Positions 50,833 to 60,592 of a DNA stretch of 64,000 bases are shown one piece after another; position 1 is the stretch's first letter, and the number at the start of each line of letters is the position of its first letter. The stretch lies in NCBI GenBank assembly GCA_965232515.1, contig CBDDPY010000002.1, forward strand, positions 5,120,001-5,184,000, given 5' to 3'. This DNA is from Alphaproteobacteria bacterium (lineage in GTDB: Bacteria; Pseudomonadota; Alphaproteobacteria; GCA-2731375). Below the pieces are notes generated by a model, which saw only the letters and a program-made list of their open reading frames with translations, was not told where the DNA came from and did not search any database. Made by a program: the position numbers and the translations under genes.

Positions 50833-52491
50833 TCAGTCAGAACCGTCGGCGGCGAGGCCGTCGCGCCGGTCGATGTCGTGCGCCGCCTTGCTGCGCTTCG
50901 TCGGATCGCCCCAACCGCCGCCGCCGCCCGACAGCACGCGGAAGACGTCGCCCGACTGTACCGGGATGCCGACTTCCTTGCTCTTCAGGTCGGTGGCGCG
51001 ACCGCGGGCGTCCACCTGCATGTAGTGGTGCGGCGCGCCGTCCTTGCCGCCGTGAATGCCGCGGGCGCCGTAGCGCAGGCCGTCGCCGGCGGTGTTGGCG
51101 ACGGCGGGCCCATCGGACTCGACGACCATTTCCATCTCGGCGCCGCAGCCGCCGCGATGTTCGCCTTCGCCGCCCGAGCCGGGGCGGAACTCGTGCCGGC
51201 GGAAGAACAGGGGAAAGCGCACTTCGACCACCTCGACACTGCCGAACTTCAGGCCGCCGGCGGAATGCCATTCGCCCGATGTGTGCCAGCCGTCGCCACC
51301 GGGCGAGGCGCCGGCGCCGGGCCGGGCGTGGAACATGTGCCAGATGAAGGTCTTGCCGTTGCGCGGGTCCTTGCCCTTGATGGCGATCCTCAGCCGCCGG
51401 CCCCAGCCGGCATTGGCCCGGTCGGGGCAGGCCTGGGCCAGCGCCACGGTCACCGCCTCGATGATCTCGTTCGAGCAGTGACTGGTGCACATGGTGACGG
51501 GCAGGCCGTCGTCGGCCCAGACGATGGTGCCCTGTTTCGCCTTGACGCTCAGCGGCCTCAGCGCGCCGTCGTTCTTCGGAATCTCGGGATCGATCAGGTA
51601 GGCGAAGGTTTGGGCCACGGCCGAGCGCATGTTGGCGAACGACGAGTTCACGAAGGACGTGGTCTGCGGATCGGACTCCGACAGATCGACCTCGACGTCG
51701 CTGCCGTTCACGGTCACCGTGGCGCGGATGGCGATGTCGCTGCGGCCATGGCCGTCGTCGTCGAGGAACGCCTCGCCGTGATAGATGCCGTCGCGCCAGC
51801 GCGCGACCTCGGCCCGGGCCTGGCGCTCGGCGCCGTCGAGGATGATCTCGCCGGCCGCCAGCACCACCTCGGCACCGAAATCATCGACCAGCGCCTGCAG
51901 CCGCCGTTCGCCGAGCCGCACCGAGCCGATCTGGGCGGCCAGATCGCCGCGGAAGTCGCGCGGGTGGCGCACGTTGACGGCCAACATGTCGGCCAGATCC
52001 TGCCGCACCTCGCCCTTCGACCACAGGCGCAGCGGCGGGATGCGCAGGCCTTCCTGAAAGATCTCGGTGGCGGCCGGGTTGTAGGCGCCATGCGTGGCGC
52101 CGCCGATGTCGCTGTGGTGCGCCCGGTTCATGGACCAGAAGGCAAGCGTGCCGGCGACGAACACCGGCACGATGGCGGTGACGTCGGGCAGGTGGCTGCC
52201 GCCGTGATAGGGGTCGTTCAACAGGAACAGGTCGCCCGGATGCACGTCGTCGCCGAAATAGTCGGCGACGGCCTTCGCCGCCCAGGGCATGGCGCCGACA
52301 TGGACGGGGATATGCTCGGCCTGTGCCACCAGCCGGCACTGCCCGTCGCAGAGCGCGGCCGAGAAGTCGCGGCTCGAGTTCAGGATCTGCGAATACGACG
52401 TCCGCAGCATCGCCTCGCCCATCTCCTCGACGATGGCCGTCAGCCGATGCCGGATCACCGACGCCGTTATCGGATCAATATTGGCGGACAC
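50833..52491 (-). CDS. Hydantoinase B/oxoprolinase family subunit
   Basis: EEMG..M.RTS.S, RDFS, IPVH, NDPYHGGSHLPD, HHSDIGG, EIFQEG, GGGGWGDP. Confidence 0.95.
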   Translation of the reverse strand: MSANIDPITASVIRHRLTAIVEEMGEAMLRTSYSQILNSSRDFSAALCDGQCRLVAQAEHIPVHVGAMPWAAKAVADYFGDDVHPGDLFLLNDPYHGGSHLPDVTAIVPVFVAGTLAFWSMNRAHHSDIGGATHGAYNPAATEIFQEGLRIPPLRLWSKGEVRQDLADMLAVNVRHPRDFRGDLAAQIGSVRLGERRLQALVDDFGAEVVLAAGEIILDGAERQARAEVARWRDGIYHGEAFLDDDGHGRSDIAIRATVTVNGSDVEVDLSESDPQTTSFVNSSFANMRSAVAQTFAYLIDPEIPKNDGALRPLSVKAKQGTIVWADDGLPVTMCTSHCSNEIIEAVTVALAQACPDRANAGWGRRLRIAIKGKDPRNGKTFIWHMFHARPGAGASPGGDGWHTSGEWHSAGGLKFGSVEVVEVRFPLFFRRHEFRPGSGGEGEHRGGCGAEMEMVVESDGPAVANTAGDGLRYGARGIHGGKDGAPHHYMQVDARGRATDLKSKEVGIPVQSGDVFRVLSGGGGGWGDPTKRSKAAHDIDRRDGLAADGSD

Positions 52492-52624
52492 GCAAACCCC
52501 CTCCCGCAGAACTCAAGCAGGTCCCGATTAGACCCGGACGCGCCGCGGGAATCCAGGGGGATGGGCAGATATCAGCCTTGCTGGGAGAGCAATGCTGCGG
52601 GCATTGTGGGTATTCACGCCGTCC

Positions 52625-52912
52625 CTAGAACAAACTGGTTAGATCACGGCGGCCATGGACAACACGGACAATCACGACGCCGTCGTTGATGGCGTTGTAG
52701 AGCAAGAGAAAGTCTCGGTGGACGGAATACCGCAGACCGGGCTGTAGGTCGTCGCGGGCTGAACCCATCAATGGGTTGTCTGCCAACAATGAAAATCGGT
52801 CGAAAAGCTGATCAATCAGCTTGTCGGCGGCCCCCTCGTCATGCTCGGCGATGTAGTCCCAGATATCGAGAAGGTCGGCGCTGGCGCGTTCGGTGAGGAC
52901 GTAGCGACCCAT
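52625..52912 (-). CDS. RelE/ParE family toxin
   Basis: A.ADL.DIWDYIA...AA..., L..NP.MG..R.DL..GLR, VRVVHG.RD. Confidence 0.92.
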   Translation of the reverse strand: MGRYVLTERASADLLDIWDYIAEHDEGAADKLIDQLFDRFSLLADNPLMGSARDDLQPGLRYSVHRDFLLLYNAINDGVVIVRVVHGRRDLTSLF

Positions 52913-52931
52913 CGAATTGAGTGGAGCCGAG

Positions 52932-53171
52932 CTAGCGCTTGGCGCGTTTGGCGCGGGCCTTTGCTTTGATGTCGGCCGCCGTCAGGTTTGGATCGGCGAG
53001 ACCGCTTTCAATACCCTCCTGCCAGAGGCGTCGTATTTCCTGACGCGCCAGCCAATCTCGCAATGCCGCTCGCACGACCTCGCTGGTCGAGGAGAAATTG
53101 CCGCTCTCGACCGCCTCGTGGATGCGTTCGGCGTGCTCGTCGGTCAACGAGATCGTGGTCTTCACAGTCAT
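52932..53171 (-). CDS. ParD-like ribbon-helix-helix antitoxin
   Basis: TISL......I...VESG.F.S.SEVVRAALR...EGIESG; GAGGAG RBS; inverted repeat TGCAA-N11-TTGCA at 53195-53215 upstream. Confidence 0.92.
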   Translation of the reverse strand: MTVKTTISLTDEHAERIHEAVESGNFSSTSEVVRAALRDWLARQEIRRLWQEGIESGLADPNLTAADIKAKARAKRAKR

Positions 53172-53331
53172 GCGATACGCTCCTCAATCGCGGATGCAAT
53201 AGTATGACTTTTGCACACCGAATCAATAGCGGCGTTTTGATGGTTCCGTTCTGCATGCGTCTGCTGACGGCATGCTGGCAGTGGGCGCCTGTTAGCCATG
53301 GGGCTCGGCAACAGGCAACGGGACGGCGGCG

Positions 53332-53940
53332 ATGTACGTTCTTTATCATCATCCCTATTCACAGCATGCGCGGCGGGTGGTGGCGCTATGCGCGGCGGCG
53401 GGGCTCGATTACGAGCTGCGGCATGTGGCGCTGGAGGCGGAGGAGTATCTGTCACCCGAATATCTGGCGGTCAATCCGAACCATCAGGTGCCGACGCTCA
53501 TCGACGGCGACGTCAAGATCCACGAGTCGAACGCGATCCTGCGCTATCTGGCGGTGAAGCACGGGCTTGGCGACTGGTATCCGGACGACCTGGCGGCGCG
53601 GGCGGCGGTGGAGCAGTGGCTCGATTGGAACCAGTGCCGGCTGTCGCCGGCGGTGGTCGATATCGTGCTCAATAGTGTGTTCAGCGGCGACAAGGGCGAC
53701 AAGGCGGCGATCGTGCGGGGGCGCGAGCGGCTGGCCGAGCTGACGCCGATCCTGGAGGCCACCCTCGAGGGGCGTGACTATCTCGCCGGCGACACGCCCA
53801 GCATCGCCGATCTGTCGGTCGGGTCCAACATCACGCAGCTCGGGCTCGCGGACGCGGCGCCGACGACGGCCAACATCGACGCATGGTACCGGCGCGTGTT
53901 CGAAATCGAGGGATTCCGGAAGTCGTTGCCGCAGGGGTAG
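53332..53940 (+). CDS. Glutathione S-transferase family protein
   Basis: NPNHQVPTL, ESNAILRYL, YLAGD..SIAD. Confidence 0.94.
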   Translation: MYVLYHHPYSQHARRVVALCAAAGLDYELRHVALEAEEYLSPEYLAVNPNHQVPTLIDGDVKIHESNAILRYLAVKHGLGDWYPDDLAARAAVEQWLDWNQCRLSPAVVDIVLNSVFSGDKGDKAAIVRGRERLAELTPILEATLEGRDYLAGDTPSIADLSVGSNITQLGLADAAPTTANIDAWYRRVFEIEGFRKSLPQG

Positions 53941-53963
53941 GGCATCGAGCCGGGTGCCGCGCC

Positions 53964-54425
53964 TCACGTAAGCGTCAGCTTCATGCCCTCGTGGCTGGCC
54001 TGGAAGCCGAGGCTTTCGTAGAAGCGGAGCGCGTCCGGGCGGGTCTTGTCGGTGGTGAGCTGGACGAGGCCGCAGCCGTGCTGGCGGCATTCGGCGATGG
54101 CCCATTCGAACATGCGGCGGCCGAGGCCACCGCCGCGGTGCGCGGCGGCGATGCGGACGCTTTCGATCTGGCCGCGCCAGAGGCCGAGGCGCGACAGGCC
54201 GGGGATGAAGCTGAGCTGCAGGCAGCCGATCACGGCCTCGTCGGCGGTGACGACGGCGAGATACTGGTTCGGATCGCGGTCGATGGCGTCGAAGGCGTCG
54301 ACGTAGCGCGGATTGGGTGGGTCGGCCGGATCTTCACGCGTGCTGCCGAGCGGGTCGTCGGCCAGCAGGGCGATGATCGCCGGCAGGTCCGCGCGCGTGG
54401 CGCGACGGAACGCGATGTCGTTCAT
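53964..54425 (-). CDS. GNAT family N-acetyltransferase
   Basis: LLADDPLG..RE, IESVRI...HRGGGLG, VQLTTDK.R..A..FYE.LGF..SHEGMK. Confidence 0.92.
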   Translation of the reverse strand: MNDIAFRRATRADLPAIIALLADDPLGSTREDPADPPNPRYVDAFDAIDRDPNQYLAVVTADEAVIGCLQLSFIPGLSRLGLWRGQIESVRIAAAHRGGGLGRRMFEWAIAECRQHGCGLVQLTTDKTRPDALRFYESLGFQASHEGMKLTLT

Positions 54426-54570
54426 GGAAATCTTCCCGCATCGAGCTGTGTTGCGCTGACAGTATAGGCGGTCGCCGGGCGGGGGCATCGGCGCAAGGAC
54501 CGGATAGAGGGCGCTTGCGCGCGCGGCCTAGGCTGCGGGCCGTTCGTCGCAGTCGACAAGGTCCTGTTCC

Positions 54571-55803
54571 ATGCAAGCTGACGCCGCCGCCCGCGTGCCC
54601 CGCGCCTTCAACCGGCTCGCCTGGTCCAACCTGGCGGCGCAGTCGGCCGAGCAGATCGCGCTCGCGGCGGCGCCGATCATCGCCGTGCTGGCCTTCGGCG
54701 CCGGGGCCGGCGCCACCGGCCTGCTGCACACGGCGGCGACCCTGCCGTTCCTGCTGTTCGCGCTGCCGGCGGGCGTGCTGGCCGACCGGGTGTCGCGCCG
54801 CGGCCTGATGGCGGCCGCCGAGGGTCTGCGCGTGCTGGCGCTGGTCGCGGTGCCGGTGCTGGCTTTTGCCGGGCTGTTGTCGCTGCCGCTGCTGGCCATA
54901 CTCGGTTTCCTCGGCGCCTGCGGCACCGTCGCCTACACGGTCGCCGCGCCGGCCTTGGTGCCGTCGCTGGTGCCGCCGGGCGCGCTTGCCGCCGCGAACG
55001 CCCGGATCGAGCTCGCCCGTACCGTCGCCTTCACCGCCGGTCCGGCGCTGGCCGGCGTCCTGGTCGGCTGGACCGGCGGGTCGCCGGCTTTCGGCGTCGC
55101 TGCGGCGCTGTCGCTGATCGCCGTGGCGCTGCTCACCGGTTTGCGCGAACCGCCGCGTCTGTCGGTCGCCAAACGCGACACGTGGGGCGAGATCCGCGAC
55201 GGCATCGGCTTCGTCTTCCGCCACGACTTCCTGCGGCCGATCTTTTTGACCCAGTTCATCTTCAATACGGCCTATTTCGTGCTGATGGCGGTCTACGTGC
55301 CGCACGCCGTCAACCGGCTCGGCCTGACGGCGGCCGAGATCGGCGGCACGCTCGCCGCCTACGGCGCCGGCATGATTGCGGGCGCCCTGTTGGCCGGTCG
55401 GGTCATGCGCCTGCTGCCGTTCGGTGTTGTCGTCGGCATCGGACCGGTCTTCGGACTGTCGGCCGCTTTGGTCATGGCGGCGACAATCTGGCTGCCGTCG
55501 ATGGAACTGGCCGGCCTCGGCTTCCTGCTGGTCGGCTTCGGGCCGATCATCTGGGTGATCAGCACCACGACCTTGCGTCAGGTCGTGACGCCGCCGGACC
55601 TGCTCGGCCGGGTTTCGGCCGTGAACGTGCTGGCCTACGGCGCCCGGCCCGTGGGCGCGGCGCTGGGCGCGTTGATCGGCGGCGTCTACGGCGCCGAGGC
55701 CGGCCTCATCGTCGCGGCATTCGGTTTTCTGCTGCAGGCTGCGATCATCCTGGCATCGCCGGTCGTGCGGCTGGCGCGACAGCCTGCGATGGCCGTGTCA
55801 TGA
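54571..55803 (+). CDS. MFS transporter (MFS_3-like)
   Basis: LPFLLF.LPAGVLADR..RR, TLRQ..TP..LLGRV; about 12 TM segments. Confidence 0.9.
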   Translation: MQADAAARVPRAFNRLAWSNLAAQSAEQIALAAAPIIAVLAFGAGAGATGLLHTAATLPFLLFALPAGVLADRVSRRGLMAAAEGLRVLALVAVPVLAFAGLLSLPLLAILGFLGACGTVAYTVAAPALVPSLVPPGALAAANARIELARTVAFTAGPALAGVLVGWTGGSPAFGVAAALSLIAVALLTGLREPPRLSVAKRDTWGEIRDGIGFVFRHDFLRPIFLTQFIFNTAYFVLMAVYVPHAVNRLGLTAAEIGGTLAAYGAGMIAGALLAGRVMRLLPFGVVVGIGPVFGLSAALVMAATIWLPSMELAGLGFLLVGFGPIIWVISTTTLRQVVTPPDLLGRVSAVNVLAYGARPVGAALGALIGGVYGAEAGLIVAAFGFLLQAAIILASPVVRLARQPAMAVS

Positions 55804-55875
55804 TGTGAGCCGCCCGTCGCGGCCGCGACAAATCCGGCCGCGCCGATGTTTCAACACGGACAGGCGGCACGCAGC

Positions 55876-56931
55876 ATGAAATCGATCAAAGGCCCCGCGA
55901 TCTTCCTCGCGCAGTTCGCCTCGGACGAGGCGCCGTTCAATACGCTCCCCGGCATTGCCGAATGGGCGGCGTCGCTCGGCTACAAGGGCATCCAGATACC
56001 GTCGTGGGACGGCCGGCTGTTCGACCTCGACCGGGCCGCGGAAGATCCGGGCTATTGCGCCGAGTTGCGCGAGATGCTGGCCGGCCACGGACTCGAAGTG
56101 ACGGAGCTGTCGACGCATCTGCAGGGACAGCTCGTTGCCGTGCATCCGGCCTATGACGAGATGTTCGACGGCTTCGCCGCCGAGCACGTGCGCGGCGATC
56201 CGAAGGCGCGCCAGGCCTGGGCCACCGATCAGATGATGAAGGCGGCGCAGGCCTCGAAGAATCTCGGCCTGACGGCGCATGCGACGTTTTCCGGCGCGCT
56301 CGCCTGGCCCTACGTCTATCCCTGGCCGCAGCGGCCAGCCGGGCTGGTCGAGACCGCGTTCGACGAGCTGGCGGCGCGCTGGACGCCGATTCTCGACGCC
56401 TTCGACACGGCGGGCGTCGACGTCTGCTTCGAGATCCATCCCGGCGAGGACCTGCACGACGGCGCAACCTTCGAGATGTTCCTCGCCCGGGTGAACGACC
56501 ACCCGCGGGCCAAGATCCTCTACGATCCCAGCCACTTCGTGCTGCAGCAGCTAGACTATCTCGACTTCATCGATATCTATCACGACCGCATCGGCGCCTT
56601 TCATGTGAAGGACGCCGAGTTCAATCCGACCGGCCGTCAGGGCGTCTATGGTGGTTATCAATCCTGGGTCGAGCGGGCGGGGCGGTTCCGGTCACTGGGC
56701 GACGGGCAGGTCGATTTCGGCGGCATCTTCTCGAAGCTGACGGCGCGCGACTTCGACGGCTGGGCCGTGCTGGAGTGGGAATGCTGCCTGAAGCATCCCG
56801 AGGACGGGGCGCGCGAGGGCGCGGAATTCATCCAGCACCACCTGATCCGCGTGACCGAGCGCGCCTTCGACGATTTCGCCGACAGCGGCATCGACGAGGA
56901 CGCGAACCGCAGGATCCTGGGATTGAGCTAG
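55876..56931 (+). CDS. Sugar phosphate isomerase/epimerase (xylose isomerase-like TIM barrel)
   Basis: FEIHPGED, YDPSH, FHVKDAE, RFRSLG.G, VLEWE metal-binding motifs. Confidence 0.9.
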   Translation: MKSIKGPAIFLAQFASDEAPFNTLPGIAEWAASLGYKGIQIPSWDGRLFDLDRAAEDPGYCAELREMLAGHGLEVTELSTHLQGQLVAVHPAYDEMFDGFAAEHVRGDPKARQAWATDQMMKAAQASKNLGLTAHATFSGALAWPYVYPWPQRPAGLVETAFDELAARWTPILDAFDTAGVDVCFEIHPGEDLHDGATFEMFLARVNDHPRAKILYDPSHFVLQQLDYLDFIDIYHDRIGAFHVKDAEFNPTGRQGVYGGYQSWVERAGRFRSLGDGQVDFGGIFSKLTARDFDGWAVLEWECCLKHPEDGAREGAEFIQHHLIRVTERAFDDFADSGIDEDANRRILGLS

Positions 56932-56940
56932 GGGGCGCGC

Positions 56941-58098
56941 ATGAGCGACAGGGAACACCGCCGGCTCCGGCTCGGCATGATCGGCGGCGGGCGCGGCGCC
57001 TTCATCGGCGCCGTGCATCGCATCGCCGCCCGCCTCGACGACCGCTACGAGCTGGTCGCCGGCGCGCTGTCGTCGGAGGCGGAGCGCGCGCGGCTGTCGG
57101 GCCAGGATCTGGGTCTCGATCCTGACCGGACTTATGCCTCGTTCGAGGAAATGGCCAATGCGGAGGCGGCGCGCGACGACGGCATCGAGGTGGCTGCCAT
57201 CACCACGCCGAACCATCTGCACTATCCCGCGGCTAAGGCGATGCTGGAGGCCGGCATCCACGTGATCTGCGACAAGCCGCTGACGGCGACGCTCGCCGAG
57301 GCGGAAGCGTTGGCCGAGGTGGTAGCGGCGTCGGGCAAGATCTTCGTCGTCACCTACAACTACACCGGCTATCCATTGGTGCGCGAGGCGCGGCATCTGG
57401 TGGCCTCGGGCGCGCTCGGCAAGATCCGGGTGGTGCAGGCCGAGTATGTGCAGGACTGGCTGGCCCAGGACCTGGAGGCGACGGGCCAGAAGCAGGCGGT
57501 CTGGCGCACCGATCCGCAGCAGGCCGGCATCGGCGGGGCGTTGGGCGACATCGGCACGCATGCCTACAACCTCGCGACCTTCGTGACCGGGCTTGAGCTG
57601 GCCGAGCTCTGCGCCGAGACCACGTCCTTCGTGCCGGGCCGTCGGCTCGACGACGACGCCCAGGTGCTGCTGCGCTTCGCCGGCGGCGCCAAGGGCCAGC
57701 TCTGGGCGACGCAGGTGGCGGTCGGCAACGAGAACGGGCTGAAGCTGCGGGTCTACGGCGAGAAGGGCGGGCTCGAATGGCGGCAGGAAAACCCGAACGA
57801 GCTGCGGTTTGCCGAGTTTGGCGGTACGACAAAGATTCTGACCCGCGGCGGCCCGGGACAGTCGGAGACGGCGATGGCCGCGACGCGGGTGCCGCCCGGC
57901 CATCCGGAAGGCTATCTCGAAGGCTTCGCCAATATCTACGGCGATGCCGCCGACATGATTACGGCCCATATGGCCGGCGCACCGCTGCCCGAGAACGCCG
58001 CGCTGGTGCCGGGCATCGCCGAGGGGCTCGCCGGCATGAAGTTCGTCACCGCCTGTGTGGGGTCGAGCCAATCCGGCGGCCAATGGACAAAACCGTAG
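56941..58098 (+). CDS. Gfo/Idh/MocA family oxidoreductase
   Basis: GMIGGG.GAFIG.VH, TPNHLH, CDKP, GDIGTH, GHPEGY. Confidence 0.93.
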   Translation: MSDREHRRLRLGMIGGGRGAFIGAVHRIAARLDDRYELVAGALSSEAERARLSGQDLGLDPDRTYASFEEMANAEAARDDGIEVAAITTPNHLHYPAAKAMLEAGIHVICDKPLTATLAEAEALAEVVAASGKIFVVTYNYTGYPLVREARHLVASGALGKIRVVQAEYVQDWLAQDLEATGQKQAVWRTDPQQAGIGGALGDIGTHAYNLATFVTGLELAELCAETTSFVPGRRLDDDAQVLLRFAGGAKGQLWATQVAVGNENGLKLRVYGEKGGLEWRQENPNELRFAEFGGTTKILTRGGPGQSETAMAATRVPPGHPEGYLEGFANIYGDAADMITAHMAGAPLPENAALVPGIAEGLAGMKFVTACVGSSQSGGQWTKP

Positions 58099-58225
58099 CC
58101 GCATCGCCGGTCTGCCAAATTTGCGTCGCGGTTGCCGACCGGCTTTGGTTTAGTATCGGCGTCAGATCGAACATGCGGGCGCGGGTCGGCGTCAGCGGCC
58201 GTCAACGACAATCTGGGAGGAAGCC

Positions 58226-59275
58226 ATGCGCGGCGTGTTGTTTGTGGGTGATCGGCAGATCGAGATCCGGGAGTTTCCGGACCCGACGCCGGGGCCGGGC
58301 GAGGTGGTGCTGGAGATCAAGGCGTCGGGCATGTGCGGCAGCGACCTGAAGTTCTACCGGCCGGCGCCCGGCGAGGCGCAGAAGGCGCTCGGCCTGGGCG
58401 ACATCTCCGAGCCGCTGATCGCCGGGCACGAGCCCTGCGGCGTTGTAGCCGCGGTCGGCCCGGGCGTCACCGAGCGCCAGGCGCGCGTCGGCCAGCGGGT
58501 GATGGACCATCACTATTGCGGCTGCGGCGTCTGTCACCATTGCCGGGTCGGCTGGTCGCAGCTCTGCGGCGAGGGCTTCGTGGTCTATGGCGCGACGGCG
58601 CACGGCGCGCATGCCGACTATATGAAGGTGCCGGCCCGCACGCTGGTTGACCTGCCGGACGAACTATCGTTCGAGACCGGCGCGGCGATCTCCTGCGGCA
58701 CCGGCACGGCCTATGGCGCGATCCGCCGGATGAACCTGTCGGGTCACGACACGCTTGCCGTGTTCGGCCAGGGGCCGGTGGGGCTGTCGGCGGTGCAGCT
58801 TGGCGTCGCCATGGGCGCGCGGGTCATTGCCGTCGACCCGTCGCCCGAGCGGCGGGCGCTGGCGCCGGAATTCGGCGCCGACGTGGTGGTCGACCCGTCG
58901 GCCGACGATCCGGTCGAAGCGTTGAAGGAACTGACGCACGGCGAGGGCGTCGATCTGGCGCTCGACTGCTCCGGCGCCCCGGCGGCGCGCTCGGCGGCAA
59001 TCAAGGCGACCCGCACCTGGGGCACGGTCTGCTTCGTCGGCGAGGGCGGCGACGTCACCATCGACGTCAGCAAGGACATGATCCGCAAGCAACTGACGGT
59101 GATCGGCTCCTGGACCTTCTCGACCGTGATTCAGGAGGAATGCGCCCGCTTCGTCGCCGACCGCAAGGTCGACGTCGACAAGCTGTTCACCCAGCGCTAT
59201 TCGCTCGACCAGGCCGACGAGGCCTACAAGCTGTTCGACACCCAGACCACCGGCAAGGGCGTGTTCTTGCTTTAA
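58226..59275 (+). CDS. Zinc-dependent alcohol dehydrogenase (MDR family)
   Basis: CGSD, GHE, C..C..C......C structural Zn site, GQGPVG. Confidence 0.94.
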   Translation: MRGVLFVGDRQIEIREFPDPTPGPGEVVLEIKASGMCGSDLKFYRPAPGEAQKALGLGDISEPLIAGHEPCGVVAAVGPGVTERQARVGQRVMDHHYCGCGVCHHCRVGWSQLCGEGFVVYGATAHGAHADYMKVPARTLVDLPDELSFETGAAISCGTGTAYGAIRRMNLSGHDTLAVFGQGPVGLSAVQLGVAMGARVIAVDPSPERRALAPEFGADVVVDPSADDPVEALKELTHGEGVDLALDCSGAPAARSAAIKATRTWGTVCFVGEGGDVTIDVSKDMIRKQLTVIGSWTFSTVIQEECARFVADRKVDVDKLFTQRYSLDQADEAYKLFDTQTTGKGVFLL

Positions 59276-59279
59276 CGCG

Positions 59280-59768
59280 CTACTCGGCGGCCATGCTGCC
59301 GGCGCGGCCGGGGAGCGTGCCGCGGATCACGTAGGCAAGGGTCTGCACGACCTGTTCGGGCGTGGCGCAGACGGCGTTCGCGGCGGCGTCGACCTCTTTC
59401 AGGGCGTGGTTCACGCCGGCGTCGTGCAGCGTGATCAGGGCTTTGCCCAGCGCCGATGCCATGCCGGCGTCGAAGGCGGCGTTCCATTGCCGATACTTGT
59501 CGCCGAAACGCACGACGACGACATCGGCGTCGGTCAGCAGCGTGCGGGTGCGGATCGCGTTCATCGACGCGCCCTTGCGGTCGTGCCAGAAGGCATCGGC
59601 CTCGCCGCCGAGGATCGTCGCACCGCAATCGTCGCTGTCCGCGTGCACGGTGACGGGCGCGTCGAGCCGCACCGGCAGGCCGGCCTCGCGCACGCCCGCC
59701 TCGATGCGCTCGCGCCAGTCCGTGTGGATTTCGCCCGAAAGATAGACCTTCCAAATCCGCTCGCTCAT
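59280..59768 (-). CDS. YtoQ family protein
   Basis: VYLSGEIHTDWRE, H..SDDCG, RFGDKYRQWNAAFDAG, H.LKE. Confidence 0.9.
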   Translation of the reverse strand: MSERIWKVYLSGEIHTDWRERIEAGVREAGLPVRLDAPVTVHADSDDCGATILGGEADAFWHDRKGASMNAIRTRTLLTDADVVVVRFGDKYRQWNAAFDAGMASALGKALITLHDAGVNHALKEVDAAANAVCATPEQVVQTLAYVIRGTLPGRAGSMAAE

Positions 59769-59847
59769 GACCCGTGACCCTTTCCATCCGTCCGGACGGC
59801 AAAGCTAGCGGGCGGGGCGCGGAATGTGAAGGTCCCTGCCGGCGGCA

Positions 59848-60405
59848 TCAGCGCGTATTGGTCACCACCGTCACGCCGGCCGCCCAGCCCAGCCACTCGG
59901 CCCGCCGTTGCGGCGGGATCTCGGGCCCCTTCATGGCGTAGCTGACCTCGAAGCGGTTGTACCTGCCGTCGATGATTCGGCCGATCTGGTGGTGCTCGGC
60001 ATAGCCCATGCAGGCCTTGGTGCGAGCTTCGTAGAGGATGCTGCGGGCGTCGCGCTCGAGCACGCGCCAGGTCGACGCGCCTGGGCAGTTCTGCTCGGTC
60101 AATCGCTGCTGCGCTCGCAGGAAGGCTTCCGGATTGGCGCCCTCGACGGCCGAGAGCGTCCAGTTCTGCACCGTCACCAGCTCGTCCCAGTCGGCGATGT
60201 CGTCGCCGGTGCGGACCCATTCGGTCAGCGCATAGCGGCCCTGGACGACCTGGTTGTTGCCGACGGTCCAGTCCGGCGACAGCGCAAAGGCGATATCGTC
60301 ATATTCCCGCTGCCCGCCGGTCTGGCAGGCGGCCAACAGGACGATCGAGAGGAAGAAGATAGGGAGTCGGCGCAAGGCGCCGCGCCGTGATGGCGTTCGG
60401 GTCAT
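59848..60405 (-). CDS. Hypothetical lipoprotein
   Basis: Basic N-terminus, hydrophobic stretch and LAAC lipobox; composition looks like a real protein. Confidence 0.75.
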   Translation of the reverse strand: MTRTPSRRGALRRLPIFFLSIVLLAACQTGGQREYDDIAFALSPDWTVGNNQVVQGRYALTEWVRTGDDIADWDELVTVQNWTLSAVEGANPEAFLRAQQRLTEQNCPGASTWRVLERDARSILYEARTKACMGYAEHHQIGRIIDGRYNRFEVSYAMKGPEIPPQRRAEWLGWAAGVTVVTNTR

Positions 60406-60525
60406 GGGATGATCGCTCCGACGTTGTCTCTACGGACGCACGTCGCGGTTCCCACTCCCGATACCGCGGCAGCATATGCGCATATGGTGATTTACGGCCG
60501 GGCTTCCAGATCCATCCCGCGCCGC

Positions 60526-60566
60526 AAAAAAAGAAATGCCGGGACCATGACAGGCCCCGGCATTTC
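60526..60566 (-). terminator. Rho-independent terminator after the TRAP receptor gene
   Basis: GAAATGCCGGG/CCCGGCATTTC stem followed by T7 on the minus strand. Confidence 0.85.
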
Positions 60567-60592
60567 CGAAGGGTGTCGTTAGGTTGACCGCC

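Noticed and set aside
50821-50835. Possible stop read-through fusing hydantoinase B to A
   Set aside because: In-frame spacing occurs one time in three; the A gene has its own ATG and a GAGG upstream; no recoding signal seen.
48709-52689. 1326 aa plus-strand ORF
   Set aside because: Antisense shadow of hydantoinase A/B, which are in the same frame with a 9 bp gap; no recognisable motifs; expected at this GC content.
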